Notes: a model not told the origin generated them from the sequence alone. A stretch of DNA of 55,134 nt from a bacterium (GCA_021824285.1 JAKAKZ010000005.1:1-55134); one strand, 5' to 3'; positions 34,675-44,763 are shown, counted from the first letter of the stretch. Made by a program: numbers and translations.

Positions 34675-37554
34675 TCATTGGGTCACGAGCACCGGTATTT
34701 TTTCTATACGCGTGTCGCCAGAGATGAGTTTTGCCTCGATCGTCAGCTCATAGCTGCCTGGCAGGGCCGTATTCCAGGTCATGGACATGTCGTTCATGCT
34801 CGGCGAGGTGGTCGAACCGATGGACGAGACATAATTGTCGGCCAGCCGCACGGCACTGACCTTGATCAGACTGATGCTGCGCGGGTCGTCGAGATGGTAA
34901 CGGATCATGAAGGGAAAGTCGCGCGAGGCGTTGATCATCTGCTGCGGTATCGGCCTAGTCCAGGAGACGCCCAGTGGCCCGGCATCAGCTGTCAGGTTGA
35001 TGGTGACCGTGACTTCGGCGCGGTTACCGACGTCATCGAGCGCCCTGGACGTCAGCTTGTGGAATCCCTTGGTGAAGCGGTTCGGGATGGTCACCTGCGC
35101 ACCGTAGAAATACGGCACAATCGACCCGATGGGCTCGTCGTCCAACAGGAAATCTATTTTTGCTACGCCGCGGCGCGCATACGCGGAATATTGCGGGACG
35201 AACGTGCGGTCCGCGACTGCGGCCCCGTCAGCGGGATAGGTCAGCGTGATCGTCGGGAAATTTTCCGGTACATGTACGTCGTCGTTTTCCGTCGGTGGCA
35301 CGGAGCCGACGATATCCTGGCTCGCGGCCCAGCGCGCGACTGCGGACTCGAACATCGGATATTCAGGATCGACCGTCGGGTCGGCCGGAACCGGTCCGCG
35401 CGGGTCGTCCTTGTCGACGAACTGCAGTATAGAATGCGGCAGGCCGTAGGCGCGCTCCTCGACGTAATCCGGCGGCGTCAGGTCAGTGGCCAGCTTGCCG
35501 GAAGCGCGGTCTATCTTCACGCGGACGCGGGCGGACTTGTCGCCGTCGAGCACGGCCTTGCCCGTGACCACCGGCTGCGGCGCGGTGAAGTTTTCCGGCG
35601 GCGTGCCTTTGAGGGCGGCCTGCATGAACTGATTCCAGATCGGCGCCGCGACCTTGGAACCGTCGGCTCCCTGTTTCATCTTCCCGCCCTGCTGGATGCC
35701 GACCCAGACGCCACTCACGAGGGACGGCGTGAAACCGATGGTCCAGGCGTCCTTGTAGGAGTTGGTGGTGCCGGTTTTGGCGCAGACCGGCCGGTCGGGC
35801 AGGGTCAGAAAATTCTTTTCTCCGAAAATCGGCGCGCGGGCGGCGTTGTCGGACAATATGGAATCGATTTGTCGGGCTATTTCCGGCTCCAGGACCTTCT
35901 TCGGCGGCGGATCGGACGAGACATCATAGAGGATGTTCCCTTGGCTGTCCTCGACCCGCAGGACGGCTTTGACCGTCGGCAACATGCCCTCCTGGGCAAA
36001 TGCCGAAAAGGCGCTGATATGCTCGATAGGGCGCACGTCCGCGCCTCCCAGGACCAGAGAAAGGCCGATGGCGGACTTGTTTTCGTATGTGCTGTATCCC
36101 AAACGGTGCGCGAAGTCCACGAAGCGGTCGATGCTGGTCAGATAGAGCATGGCGACGGCCGGGATGTTCAGCGATCCGGCAAGGGCCTCACGGACCGTCA
36201 CCGGACCACGCTCCTTGCCGTCATAGTCGTGAGGAATGTAGTCCTCGGGATAGTTTTTGAAGATAGTCTCGGAATCGTAGAGAACCGTATCCGGCGTGTA
36301 GCCTTTTTCGAACGCCGCGGCATAGACCATCGGCTTGATGGACGAACCAGGCTGCAGGCGCGTCAGCAGCGCATTTACGCGGCCGTTGATTTCCTCGTTC
36401 CAGTAGTCGGCGGAACCGAGCATCGCCAGGATTTCCCCGGTTCTCGGGTTCACGGCCAGGAGCGCCGCGGTATTCGCACCCCACTTCTTGAGCAGCGCGG
36501 CATTCTGCGTGATGGACTGTTCGGCCATCTGCTGCTTGTCCATGTCCAGCGTCGTGATGATCTTGTAGCCGCCTTTCTCGATTTCCGCATCGCCGAACTT
36601 CTGCGCCATCAGGTCGCGCACGTACATGACGAAATGCGGCGCGATGATTGCCTCGCGTTTCGGCTTGACGCGTGCCAGGACATCGTCCTCTTTCGCGGTC
36701 TTGGCCTCGTCAGCGGTCAGATAGCCCTGATCGGCCATCTGGTCGATGACCATATGGGCGCGCGTGACCAGCTCATCGGTGTGCACGCCGTAGGGCGAAT
36801 AGTAGGTCGGTGCCTTGAGTATGGAAGCAAGGACTGCCGCCTCGGATGGCGTCAGTTCTGCCGCTGATTTGCCGAATACGGTCTCCGATGCCGCTTCCAC
36901 CCCGTAGATATAGGAGCCGAACGGCGAGTCGTTCAGGTACATCTCGAGGATAGTGTCCTTGGCGAAGCGCTGTTCCATCTCGACGGCCAGGATCGCCTCC
37001 TTGATTTTGCGGATATAGCTTTTCTCCGTGGTCAGCACGGAATTCTTGATGAACTGCTGGGTGATGGTGGACCCGCCTTGGGCATTTTTCATCTTCAGCG
37101 CGTTCATGATGAAGGCGCGGATGATGCTCGTAATGCGCACCCCTTTGTGCTCGTAGAAATATCGGTCTTCGATGGCGATGACCGCGTGCTGGATATTGGG
37201 TGAGATTTTGGTGAGCGGCACCACCGTGCGCTTCACGTCGCCATGCACCTCGTAGAGGACCGTCTGCCCGGTGCGGTCGTAGATGCGCGTCGTCTGCGCG
37301 ACCGTCCGTGAGGACAGGTTGTTCGGGTCAGGCAGGTCCTTCGCGACCCAGGCGAAGAGGCCGATAGTACCGATGGCCCCGGCTAGGAACGCGAAAAGGA
37401 GGACCACAAGTACGGTCTTCCAGGTGTTACGGCTTCGCCGCCGCTGGCGGTTAGAGGAAACCTCTAGGCGATAGGAAGACAAATCTCCAGATTTGTGGAC
37501 AACTTGTGAATTGTTTCTCCAAAACCGACGGCGAAAAAGCTTTCTGATTGGCAC
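34675..37554 (-). CDS. class A penicillin-binding protein (PBP1A-type transglycosylase/transpeptidase) with long C-terminal beta-rich extension
   Basis: GT51 motif AIEDRYFYEHKG, SSIKP (SxxK), SLN, KTGT, and ~330 extra C-terminal residues. Confidence 0.93.
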   Translation of the reverse strand: MPIRKLFRRRFWRNNSQVVHKSGDLSSYRLEVSSNRQRRRSRNTWKTVLVVLLFAFLAGAIGTIGLFAWVAKDLPDPNNLSSRTVAQTTRIYDRTGQTVLYEVHGDVKRTVVPLTKISPNIQHAVIAIEDRYFYEHKGVRITSIIRAFIMNALKMKNAQGGSTITQQFIKNSVLTTEKSYIRKIKEAILAVEMEQRFAKDTILEMYLNDSPFGSYIYGVEAASETVFGKSAAELTPSEAAVLASILKAPTYYSPYGVHTDELVTRAHMVIDQMADQGYLTADEAKTAKEDDVLARVKPKREAIIAPHFVMYVRDLMAQKFGDAEIEKGGYKIITTLDMDKQQMAEQSITQNAALLKKWGANTAALLAVNPRTGEILAMLGSADYWNEEINGRVNALLTRLQPGSSIKPMVYAAAFEKGYTPDTVLYDSETIFKNYPEDYIPHDYDGKERGPVTVREALAGSLNIPAVAMLYLTSIDRFVDFAHRLGYSTYENKSAIGLSLVLGGADVRPIEHISAFSAFAQEGMLPTVKAVLRVEDSQGNILYDVSSDPPPKKVLEPEIARQIDSILSDNAARAPIFGEKNFLTLPDRPVCAKTGTTNSYKDAWTIGFTPSLVSGVWVGIQQGGKMKQGADGSKVAAPIWNQFMQAALKGTPPENFTAPQPVVTGKAVLDGDKSARVRVKIDRASGKLATDLTPPDYVEERAYGLPHSILQFVDKDDPRGPVPADPTVDPEYPMFESAVARWAASQDIVGSVPPTENDDVHVPENFPTITLTYPADGAAVADRTFVPQYSAYARRGVAKIDFLLDDEPIGSIVPYFYGAQVTIPNRFTKGFHKLTSRALDDVGNRAEVTVTINLTADAGPLGVSWTRPIPQQMINASRDFPFMIRYHLDDPRSISLIKVSAVRLADNYVSSIGSTTSPSMNDMSMTWNTALPGSYELTIEAKLISGDTRIEKIPVLVTQ

Positions 37555-37642
37555 AATTCTGCTGTAATAAGACGAAAAGTCGGGTTATGCCGACTTTATT
37601 TTAGCCGACTGATTTTGTGGCTAAATATACACAACGGGTTTA

Positions 37643-38560
37643 TCACATTGGAGCTTCTCTGGTCAATAATGAGGCTCCAAGGACACCAGCATCGCTACCT
37701 AATATAGATTTGGCGATGACCGTTTTTTTGAGTTCAGGGTAAATGACCAGCTTCTGGGCTTCCTTTATAGCCGGTTGCCAGAGCATTTTTACTCGCCGCA
37801 GGCCGCCGCCAATGACGATGACATCAGGGTTGAGAATCTGCATGATGTTAGCGAGTCCGGCTGCCAACCCATGCTGCATTTCAGTCAGAACGGCTAGAGC
37901 ATGTTTTCCGCCATTTTTAGCCTCATTTTCGACCTCCAATGGCGTGCGGTCAATGCCTGTTCGGAGCTTATAGAGGCGGGCCATCGCTGAACCAGACGCT
38001 AGGGCCTCGAAATGCCCTTTGTTTTTGCAGCCGCAGGGTGCATCGGAGCTTAAATCGATGATCATGTGCCCTACTTCACCGGCTGCATTATCTTTACCGC
38101 GATAGAGTGTCCCGTTGATGACGATGCCGCCGCCGATGCCTGTTCCGAGCGTGATGCCGACGACGTTACGGTGGTTCCGTCCGGCTCCGTAGACGGCTTC
38201 GGCCAGACTGAAGCAATGGACATCGTTATCCAGACGGACCGGAACACCGTATTTTTTGCCTAAAAGTAGCGCAAAAGGGATGTTTCGGAACGATTTCGGG
38301 AAGTTTGGCCCCTGCCTATAAACACCAAGCCGATGGTCGATTAGGCCGGCCAGGCCGATGCCGATGGCCGCAGTATTCTTTTTCCAGACAGCCTCAATGG
38401 CCATCATGATGTTGTGCATGATGGCTGCCCGGCCCTTTGCCACTTCGGTCGGTAGTGTTACATGGGCCAATATTTTACCAGTAGGCGAAACAAGACCGCA
38501 CTGAATTTTTGTGCCGCCGACATCAAGTCCGATGACGTTTTTGCCCGTTGGTAGTGACAT
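37643..38560 (-). CDS. ROK family sugar kinase (glucokinase-like)
   Basis: DVGGTK, DNDVHCFSLAE, and the zinc motif CGCKNKGHFEALAS. Confidence 0.9.
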   Translation of the reverse strand: MSLPTGKNVIGLDVGGTKIQCGLVSPTGKILAHVTLPTEVAKGRAAIMHNIMMAIEAVWKKNTAAIGIGLAGLIDHRLGVYRQGPNFPKSFRNIPFALLLGKKYGVPVRLDNDVHCFSLAEAVYGAGRNHRNVVGITLGTGIGGGIVINGTLYRGKDNAAGEVGHMIIDLSSDAPCGCKNKGHFEALASGSAMARLYKLRTGIDRTPLEVENEAKNGGKHALAVLTEMQHGLAAGLANIMQILNPDVIVIGGGLRRVKMLWQPAIKEAQKLVIYPELKKTVIAKSILGSDAGVLGASLLTREAPM

Positions 38561-38618
38561 ATGGCTCTTTCTATATTATATCAGGAAAAACTGTGGATGG
38601 TTGGGGGATAAGATGAGG

Positions 38619-38703
38619 AAGTTGAGAGTTTCCACGCCACTTATCTTTATTCAAAGATGGCGGGGTCCCGCCGTCGGCGGGAAAGGCTGAGAGTTTAAAG
38701 TTG
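38619..38703. repeat. conserved GC-clamp/palindrome element, copy d, with flanking GTTGAGAGTTT words
   Basis: The core at 38632-38682 is CCACGCCACTTATCTTTATTCAAAGATGGCGGGGTCCCGCCGTCGGCGGGA. Confidence 0.8.
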
Positions 38704-38753
38704 TGTCGGGATATTGAAATTAAAGCGGTTAGTTGGTTTAATGCGTTGAGTTC

Positions 38754-38909
38754 GGCCCGATAGCCAAGCAGTAAGCCGCCGTCGTATGCTCGTGACCTCG
38801 CATACGACGATAGTGCGGCTTGCGGCGATATGTGGCGGCCATAGCCGCATATATAAATGTCCAGACGCTTCGCGTCAGGACTCCGCCGTAAGGCAGAGGT
38901 CTGCAAAAC
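38754..38909 (+). pseudogene. partial tRNA-Cys copy (positions 1-40) interrupted in the D-loop by a 112-nt structured insertion
   Basis: 38754-38775 and 38888-38909 are identical to parts of the intact tRNA-Cys 5' half. The insert at 38776-38887 contains three hairpins. There is no T-arm or 3' acceptor. Confidence 0.7.
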
Positions 38910-38934
38910 AATCGCATCATTAAAAGAATATTCT

Positions 38935-39009
38935 GGCCCGATAGCCAAGCAGTAAGGCAGAGGTCTGCAAAACCTTTATGCGCGGGTGCAATTCCCGCTC
39001 GGGCCTCCA
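38935..39009 (+). tRNA. tRNA-Cys (anticodon GCA), CCA encoded
   Basis: Acceptor GGCCCGA/TCGGGCC, 3-bp D stem, anticodon arm GAGGT-CTGCAAA-ACCTT, T-arm GCGGG-TGCAATT-CCCGC. Confidence 0.9.
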
Positions 39010-39013
39010 GCAA

Positions 39014-39040
39014 AAACAGCCTCCCATGAGGCTGTTTTTG
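39014..39040 (+). terminator. intrinsic terminator after tRNA-Cys
   Basis: ACAGCCTC-CCAT-GAGGCTGT followed by T5. Confidence 0.8.
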
Positions 39041-39125
39041 GTTGTCAGGGCAGGTGCAATCCAAATAGCAGCCACCTGATCCTAAACTTTAAACTCAAGC
39101 CGCAAGCAGGTATCCTATAACCATT

Positions 39126-41885
39126 ATGTCCGCCTCAGAAAAACGCCACCTGCTTATCATCGACGGCAACGCACTGATCCACCGCGCGTGGCACGCCCTG
39201 CCGCCGCTTGCCACCAAGACCGGTCTTGTGGTTTCCGGCGCCTACGGTTTCACCATGACGCTACTCGGCGCCATCAAGAAGTTCCGGCCCGAGTACGTGG
39301 CCGTGACCTTCGACCTGAAAGGGCCGACTTTCCGCCACAAGGAATATGCGGCCTACAAAGCGACGCGCGAGAAGAAGCCGGACGAGCTTTACGCGCAGAT
39401 TCCGCTCGTGGAGCGCATCTTGGCGTCGATGAACGTCCCGGTGTTCACGGCCGAAGGATTCGAGGCGGACGACGTCATCGGCACGATCGCGCTGCTCGCC
39501 AAGCGGCAGGATCCGGAACTGGTGAGTGTCATCGTCACGGGCGATAAGGACACGCTCCAGCTCGTGGACTCCAACACCAAGGTGTTCACCATGCGCAAGG
39601 GCATGACCGATACGGTCCTTTACGATGAGGCGGGCGTGCGCGAGAAGTTCGGCCTGGATCCCGCGCAGATGGTCGACTACAAAGCCCTGCGAGGTGATCC
39701 TTCGGACAACATCCCGGGCGTGAAGGGCATCGGCGAGAAGACGGCGACCGAAATCCTGCAGAAGTTCGGCACGCTGGAGGACACCTATCGCGAGCTCGAC
39801 TCCGGCGGCAAGAAAATCGGGGAACTCAAGCCGAGCGTGCGCGAGAAGCTGGCGGCTAGCCGCGAGGACGCTTTTTTGGCCCAGCGGCTCTGCACGATCC
39901 GCCGTGATGTGCCGCTTAAGTTTGACCTGAACAAGACCGCGTTCGCGCAGCCTTCGCGCGAGGCGATGGCGCCGATCTTCGAGGAGTTTCAGTTCAACCG
40001 CCTGCTGGCCAGCCTGCCTTCGGAATCCGGCGCCAGCGCGGCGCCGCCGGTGCCCGCGCCGCTCCCGGGTTTGGCCGCGCCGGAGCAGGGCGACGTAAAG
40101 CCTGTGCCCGCGGTCCGCGCCACCGTGGAGGTCTGCGACGCGAAGACCTGTGCGCAGGTCGTGAGTTCCCTCGGTTCCCCGCGCCGCATCGCCTTCCGCA
40201 CCCTGGCGGTGAAGGAAGACCCGATCGAACCGCAGGTCTTTGCGTTCGCTTTCACCGATGGCGGCACGGTGCATCTTATCCGCGGCGACGCCTTCGCCTC
40301 CTGCTTGCCGGAGATGCGGCACCTGCTCGCGGACCCGAAAGTCGGCAAGGTCTGCCATGATCTGAAACGCGAAATCAGCATCCTGAACGCCTACGGAATG
40401 AATCTGCACGGCGAGCTGTTCGACCTGATGATCGCGTCCTATCTGATCCATTCCGGCGAGCGGCGCCACGGCCTGGAGGCCATCCTGTCCTTCCGGCGCA
40501 ACGTACCGCCGCTCAGCAAGGAGATGACGCCGGAGGACCTGGTGCGGCGGCTGGCGGAGCTCGAGGTGCCGAACTTCCTGCCGCTCGCTGACGAGTTCGC
40601 CGGCGAACTAAAGGACGAGAATCTGGAGAAGCTGAACCGCGAGATGGAGTTGCCGCTCGCGGCCGTGCTCGCGCGCATGGAACGCGCGGGCATCTCTATC
40701 GATGCCGATTATTTCAACAACACAGCAAAGGAGGTCGCCAAGCGGCTGGAGAAGGTCCGCGCGAAAATCACCGAATTGGCCGGCGGAGAGTTCAACGTGA
40801 ATTCGCCCAAGCAGATGAAGGAGGTGCTGTTCGACCGGCTCGGTCTGTCCCCCGCCGGCGTCAAGAAGACCGCCAAGGGCGGCGAACTCTCCACGGCCGC
40901 GGCGGAACTCGAGAAGCTGCGCGGCAGCCACCCGATCATCGGGCATATCCTCGAGTACCGCGAATTGGCGAAACTATCTTCAACCTATCTGGAGGTGCTG
41001 CCGACGCTCGCCCACCCGGATGACGGGCGCATCCACGCCAGCTTCAACCAGACCGTGACCGCGACCGGGCGCCTCTCCTCTTCCGAACCGAACCTGCAGA
41101 ACATCCCCACGCCGGAGACCGAGTACGGCAAGAAGGTGCGGAACGGTTTCGTAGCGCGCGAAGGCGCGGTCCTGCTTGCCGCCGACTACTCGCAGATCGA
41201 GCTGCGCATCGCGGCGCATATCGCGGACGAGGAGGTCATGATCGGCGCGTTCCGCAAGGGTGAGGACATCCATTGGCGCACGGCCGCCGCGATGTGGGGC
41301 GAGGACCAGGCCGCTGACCGGCGCCGGCTGGCCAAGGCCATCAACTTCGGCATTCTCTACGGCATGGGCGCCCAGCGGCTGTCGGAGAGCGCGGACATCA
41401 GTTTTATGGAAGCCCGTGAGTATATCGAGCGCTATTTCGCCATGCACCAGGGCATCGCGCACTACATCGAGGGAATCCACGCCAAGCTGCGGGCCGACGG
41501 TTACGTCGAAACGCTTTTCGGTCGACGCCGCCACTTCCGCAATTTCGCGCTCATGAACCGCCGCGAGCAGGCCGAGGCCGAGCGGCAGGCCGTAAACATG
41601 CCGATTCAGGGGACGAACGCGGACATCATCAAGCTGGCCATGGTCAGGATTGACGACCAGCTCCGCGCCAAATACGGCGATGGCCCGGATGCGCCGGTAA
41701 AGCTGGTGTTGCAGGTGCACGACGAGCTGATATTCGAGTGTGACGAGCGCCTGGCGCCGGACGTGGCCAGGCTCGTGAAGCCCATCATGGAGAATGTCAT
41801 CGAGCTTAAGGTGCCGATCGTGGTTGACCTGTCGGTCGGTCAGCGCTGGGGCGAACTGGAGGAGTTGGAAGTGGTCGGTGACTAG
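39126..41885 (+). CDS. polA: DNA polymerase I
   Basis: 919 aa with an N-terminal 5'-3' exonuclease, a central exonuclease-like domain and polymerase motifs (LLAADYSQIELR, QVHDELIFE). Confidence 0.97.
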   Translation: MSASEKRHLLIIDGNALIHRAWHALPPLATKTGLVVSGAYGFTMTLLGAIKKFRPEYVAVTFDLKGPTFRHKEYAAYKATREKKPDELYAQIPLVERILASMNVPVFTAEGFEADDVIGTIALLAKRQDPELVSVIVTGDKDTLQLVDSNTKVFTMRKGMTDTVLYDEAGVREKFGLDPAQMVDYKALRGDPSDNIPGVKGIGEKTATEILQKFGTLEDTYRELDSGGKKIGELKPSVREKLAASREDAFLAQRLCTIRRDVPLKFDLNKTAFAQPSREAMAPIFEEFQFNRLLASLPSESGASAAPPVPAPLPGLAAPEQGDVKPVPAVRATVEVCDAKTCAQVVSSLGSPRRIAFRTLAVKEDPIEPQVFAFAFTDGGTVHLIRGDAFASCLPEMRHLLADPKVGKVCHDLKREISILNAYGMNLHGELFDLMIASYLIHSGERRHGLEAILSFRRNVPPLSKEMTPEDLVRRLAELEVPNFLPLADEFAGELKDENLEKLNREMELPLAAVLARMERAGISIDADYFNNTAKEVAKRLEKVRAKITELAGGEFNVNSPKQMKEVLFDRLGLSPAGVKKTAKGGELSTAAAELEKLRGSHPIIGHILEYRELAKLSSTYLEVLPTLAHPDDGRIHASFNQTVTATGRLSSSEPNLQNIPTPETEYGKKVRNGFVAREGAVLLAADYSQIELRIAAHIADEEVMIGAFRKGEDIHWRTAAAMWGEDQAADRRRLAKAINFGILYGMGAQRLSESADISFMEAREYIERYFAMHQGIAHYIEGIHAKLRADGYVETLFGRRRHFRNFALMNRREQAEAERQAVNMPIQGTNADIIKLAMVRIDDQLRAKYGDGPDAPVKLVLQVHDELIFECDERLAPDVARLVKPIMENVIELKVPIVVDLSVGQRWGELEELEVVGD

Positions 41886-41973
41886 TGGTTGGTGACGAGT
41901 GATTGGTGATTGAAAAATCTCCTGCCAGGCAGGTGGTTTTTTCTTTTTTATCGACACCAGTCACCAGTCACAC
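41871..41973. repeat. degenerate word inverted repeat (GGTGATTGGTGA flavour) enclosing the polA terminator
   Basis: The left arm is GTGGTCGGTGACTAGTGGTTGGTGACGAGTGATTGGTGATTG and overlaps the polA stop. The central hairpin carries a T-run (41918-41949). The right arm is CACCAGTCACCAGTCACAC. Confidence 0.75.
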
Positions 41974-42016
41974 AACCTAGACACGCTACCCCCCGAAAGG
42001 CTAACATGAACCTACT

Positions 42017-42817
42017 ATGCGGCAGGAATACGCCATCTCCGCCCACTACGTCAAGAATTCGCTAAATCTGGCGAAAATTGCTCAACGTAGCACAGATTTG
42101 CAGCTCTACCGCAAGGAGCGCAACGCTTTGATTTATCGCCTGTCCGAGACGCAGTATGTCGCGGCCTACGCGTTCGGCGTGGTGCTGTTTTTCGGCAAAA
42201 TCGACCGCAAGGAGATGGGCCGTCAGATACGCTTCTTTTCCCGGAGCGGCGAGGAGGAAGTCGGCATCATCCTGGCCGAGACCCCTTCCGAAGAGTATTT
42301 GGTCATCATCGAGCCGGAGACGCCGGAGAGCGTGGAATTCGATGATGTGCGCCTGAAAAGCCTGAATATCGATCGTTTGCTCCTGGTCTTCCACACCGTG
42401 GCCCAGTCCGTGGCGATCGACTTCCTGGATCGGCAGGTCGAGGACGCCATGCAGCGCTTTGAGCGCATCCATTTTAATCTGTCGAAGCGCGGTTCGCTCG
42501 TCGCCACCACGAAGGAGGTCTTGCAGACCATCGGCATGCGGGGTAACATCGTCAATCTGGTGGTGGGACAGCTTTCCTTGCTCGACAAGCCGGATATCGC
42601 TTGGGAGGACAAGGAGGCCGAGACGCTCATCATCAATCTCCGCAAGAACTTCGAGCTGGATGACCGTTTCAATTCGCTCAAGTTCAAGCTCGAGTTCATT
42701 GAGGACAGCTCGGAGCTCATTCTCGACATACTGCAGCACCGGCGCGCGAATCTTCTGGAAATCACGGTGGTTCTCCTGATCCTGTTCGAAATCATCATGG
42801 CTTTCGTCCGTCATTAG
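42017..42817 (+). CDS. RMD1/DUF155 family protein
   Basis: 266 aa with the DUF155-like core and a single C-terminal TM (LLEITVVLLILFEIIMAF). Confidence 0.75.
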   Translation: MRQEYAISAHYVKNSLNLAKIAQRSTDLQLYRKERNALIYRLSETQYVAAYAFGVVLFFGKIDRKEMGRQIRFFSRSGEEEVGIILAETPSEEYLVIIEPETPESVEFDDVRLKSLNIDRLLLVFHTVAQSVAIDFLDRQVEDAMQRFERIHFNLSKRGSLVATTKEVLQTIGMRGNIVNLVVGQLSLLDKPDIAWEDKEAETLIINLRKNFELDDRFNSLKFKLEFIEDSSELILDILQHRRANLLEITVVLLILFEIIMAFVRH

Positions 42818-42819
42818 TT

Positions 42820-43782
42820 GTGTTTTTTCTCATCTACGGCGAAGACAGCTACCGGTCACGCAAGACGCTCGCGGCGGTCCGCGGGCGTTTTTCGGCGACC
42901 CGCGATGCGAGCGGGATGAACTGCATGTCGTTCCGGGCCACGGAGCAGACGGTCGAGGCGGCCATGGAGGCGCTGCTCACCGCGCCGTTCCTGGCGGAGC
43001 GCAAGATGGTCGTCCTGGAAGGCTATCTGACGGAAGAGACGGAAGCGCAGCAGCGTCTGGTCGAGCTTCTCGGACGACTGCCGGAGTCGACGGTGGCTGT
43101 CTTTTTTGAGGCGGCATCGGCTGAACAGCTGAAGGACGGTCCGCTGTTTTCTTTGCTGAAGAAACAGGAATTTTCCGCTGAACACGGTCCGCTGAACGCG
43201 TCGCAGGCCGCTGCGTTCGTGGCCGCGGAAGCCCAGCAGTCCGGCGTGGCGGCTCCGGCCGGCGTGGCGCGCGCGCTGGTCTCGCGCGTCGGCCCGGATT
43301 CTTGGCGTTTGGCCGCCGAGACGGCAAAAATATCCGCCTACGTTCTGGCTTCCGGCCGCCAGGAGATGCTCGAGAGCGACGTGCAGGCGCTCGTAGCAGG
43401 GGCGGCCCAAGAGCCGGTCTTCGCCTTCGTCGATTCCTGTCTGGACGGTCGGCCGGCGGAAGCGCTGGCCCAGCTGGCCGCTCTCCTCGACTCCGGCATG
43501 TCCGAGTTCCAGATTCTGGCCGCTTTGGCCAAGCAGTTCCGAACCGTGCTCTGCGCCCAAGATCTGGTGCGCCGCGGCATTAAGGACGCGCAGGTGCTTG
43601 CGGGCATGTTGGGCATTCATCCCTTCCCCGCGGGCAAGGCCATGGCTTCCGGCTGGAAGTACCGGCCCGCGACGCTGCGCGCGCGTTTTCAGGAGCTTGT
43701 TGAAATCGAACGCCGCGCCAAGACCGGTGCCGCATCCCCCGCTGCCATGTTGTCGGTCTTCGCATCCCGGGTCGCTGCCTAG
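42820..43782 (+). CDS. holA: DNA polymerase III delta subunit
   Basis: The N-terminus FFLIYGEDSYR and the helical C-terminal domain are typical of HolA. GTG start 3 nt after the previous stop. Confidence 0.8.
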   Translation: MFFLIYGEDSYRSRKTLAAVRGRFSATRDASGMNCMSFRATEQTVEAAMEALLTAPFLAERKMVVLEGYLTEETEAQQRLVELLGRLPESTVAVFFEAASAEQLKDGPLFSLLKKQEFSAEHGPLNASQAAAFVAAEAQQSGVAAPAGVARALVSRVGPDSWRLAAETAKISAYVLASGRQEMLESDVQALVAGAAQEPVFAFVDSCLDGRPAEALAQLAALLDSGMSEFQILAALAKQFRTVLCAQDLVRRGIKDAQVLAGMLGIHPFPAGKAMASGWKYRPATLRARFQELVEIERRAKTGAASPAAMLSVFASRVAA

Positions 43783-43895
43783 CCGCGATTTGGGACAGGC
43801 CGGTAACGCCGCAAGGCGTTTTTTTGTTTTTGCTCTTTGCCCCAATTTTGACGTCATGCTAAGGTCGTTTGGCCCTTTCCAATCCGGAGCTATGA

Positions 43896-44708
43896 TTGCG
43901 ACTTCTGATCATACTTGTCATGCTTTCCCTGGTCGTGGCCGTGCATGAGTTCGGCCATTTCGCGGCCATGCGCCTGGTCGGTGTCGAGGTGACCGAGCTG
44001 TCCATCGGCTTCGGTCCGGAAATCGCCTCCGCACGCGACGCGCACGGGACCAGGTACTCCTTGAGGTCGCTGCCGCTTGGCGGCTTTACGAAACCGGTGA
44101 GCGACGACAGCCCCGGGTCTATCAAGTTGGCCGATTCCTGGTCGTTGGCGCTGATTGACGCCGGCGGCATGCTCTCTTCGGTGATTTTGGCCTTCTTCCT
44201 GTTCTGGTACTGCTTCACCAAAGTCAGTGCGGCACCGCAAGGCATCGCCGCCCACGTTGAGCGGCTGCCCGCGCCCCTGCGCCTGCCGGCGGCGGCCTTC
44301 ATCGCCTCCTTCGGGATGTGGTTCTACCTGCCTTGGTACCTGCTGCGCGGTCTTCTGACGCGCCCAACGGCCCTTCTCGGGCAGATCGCTGGACCGATTG
44401 GCATGCTGGCGCCGGGCAACCGGCCAGATGCGGAAAACACGCCCTTCGGCAGCCCGGACGACCTGCGAGGTGATACGCCGTTTGTGGCCCTGAACCGCCT
44501 GATTGCGCTGATGGCCGTCGGCTTGGCCGGGTTCAACCTGCTGCCGCTCTTCCCGCTCGATGGCGGGCAGCTGGCCGCTTTGGTCGCGGAGCATATCGGA
44601 CCGAAGGTCCTTACGGCCTACATTTACGGCTCTATCGGAGCCTTCGCGCTTCTCATCCTCGTCATCATGGTGTCCGACATACGGTTCGCCTTCCGAAGGC
44701 GCCGCTGA
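43896..44708 (+). CDS. M50 family site-2 metalloprotease (no PDZ domain)
   Basis: HEFGHFAAM near the N-terminus and NLLPLFPLDGG near the C-terminus. TTG start with a GGAG RBS. Confidence 0.85.
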   Translation: MRLLIILVMLSLVVAVHEFGHFAAMRLVGVEVTELSIGFGPEIASARDAHGTRYSLRSLPLGGFTKPVSDDSPGSIKLADSWSLALIDAGGMLSSVILAFFLFWYCFTKVSAAPQGIAAHVERLPAPLRLPAAAFIASFGMWFYLPWYLLRGLLTRPTALLGQIAGPIGMLAPGNRPDAENTPFGSPDDLRGDTPFVALNRLIALMAVGLAGFNLLPLFPLDGGQLAALVAEHIGPKVLTAYIYGSIGAFALLILVIMVSDIRFAFRRRR

Positions 44709-44763
44709 AGCGGCGCTTTTTTGTCGCGCAAAGTCGTTTGCCGGAGTGCGACCGCGGTAAAAT

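Noticed and set aside
38571-39064. Minus-strand ORFs of 125 and 108 aa.
   Set aside because: They overlap the tRNA-Cys gene, its partial duplicate and the repeat element, and they have no RBS.
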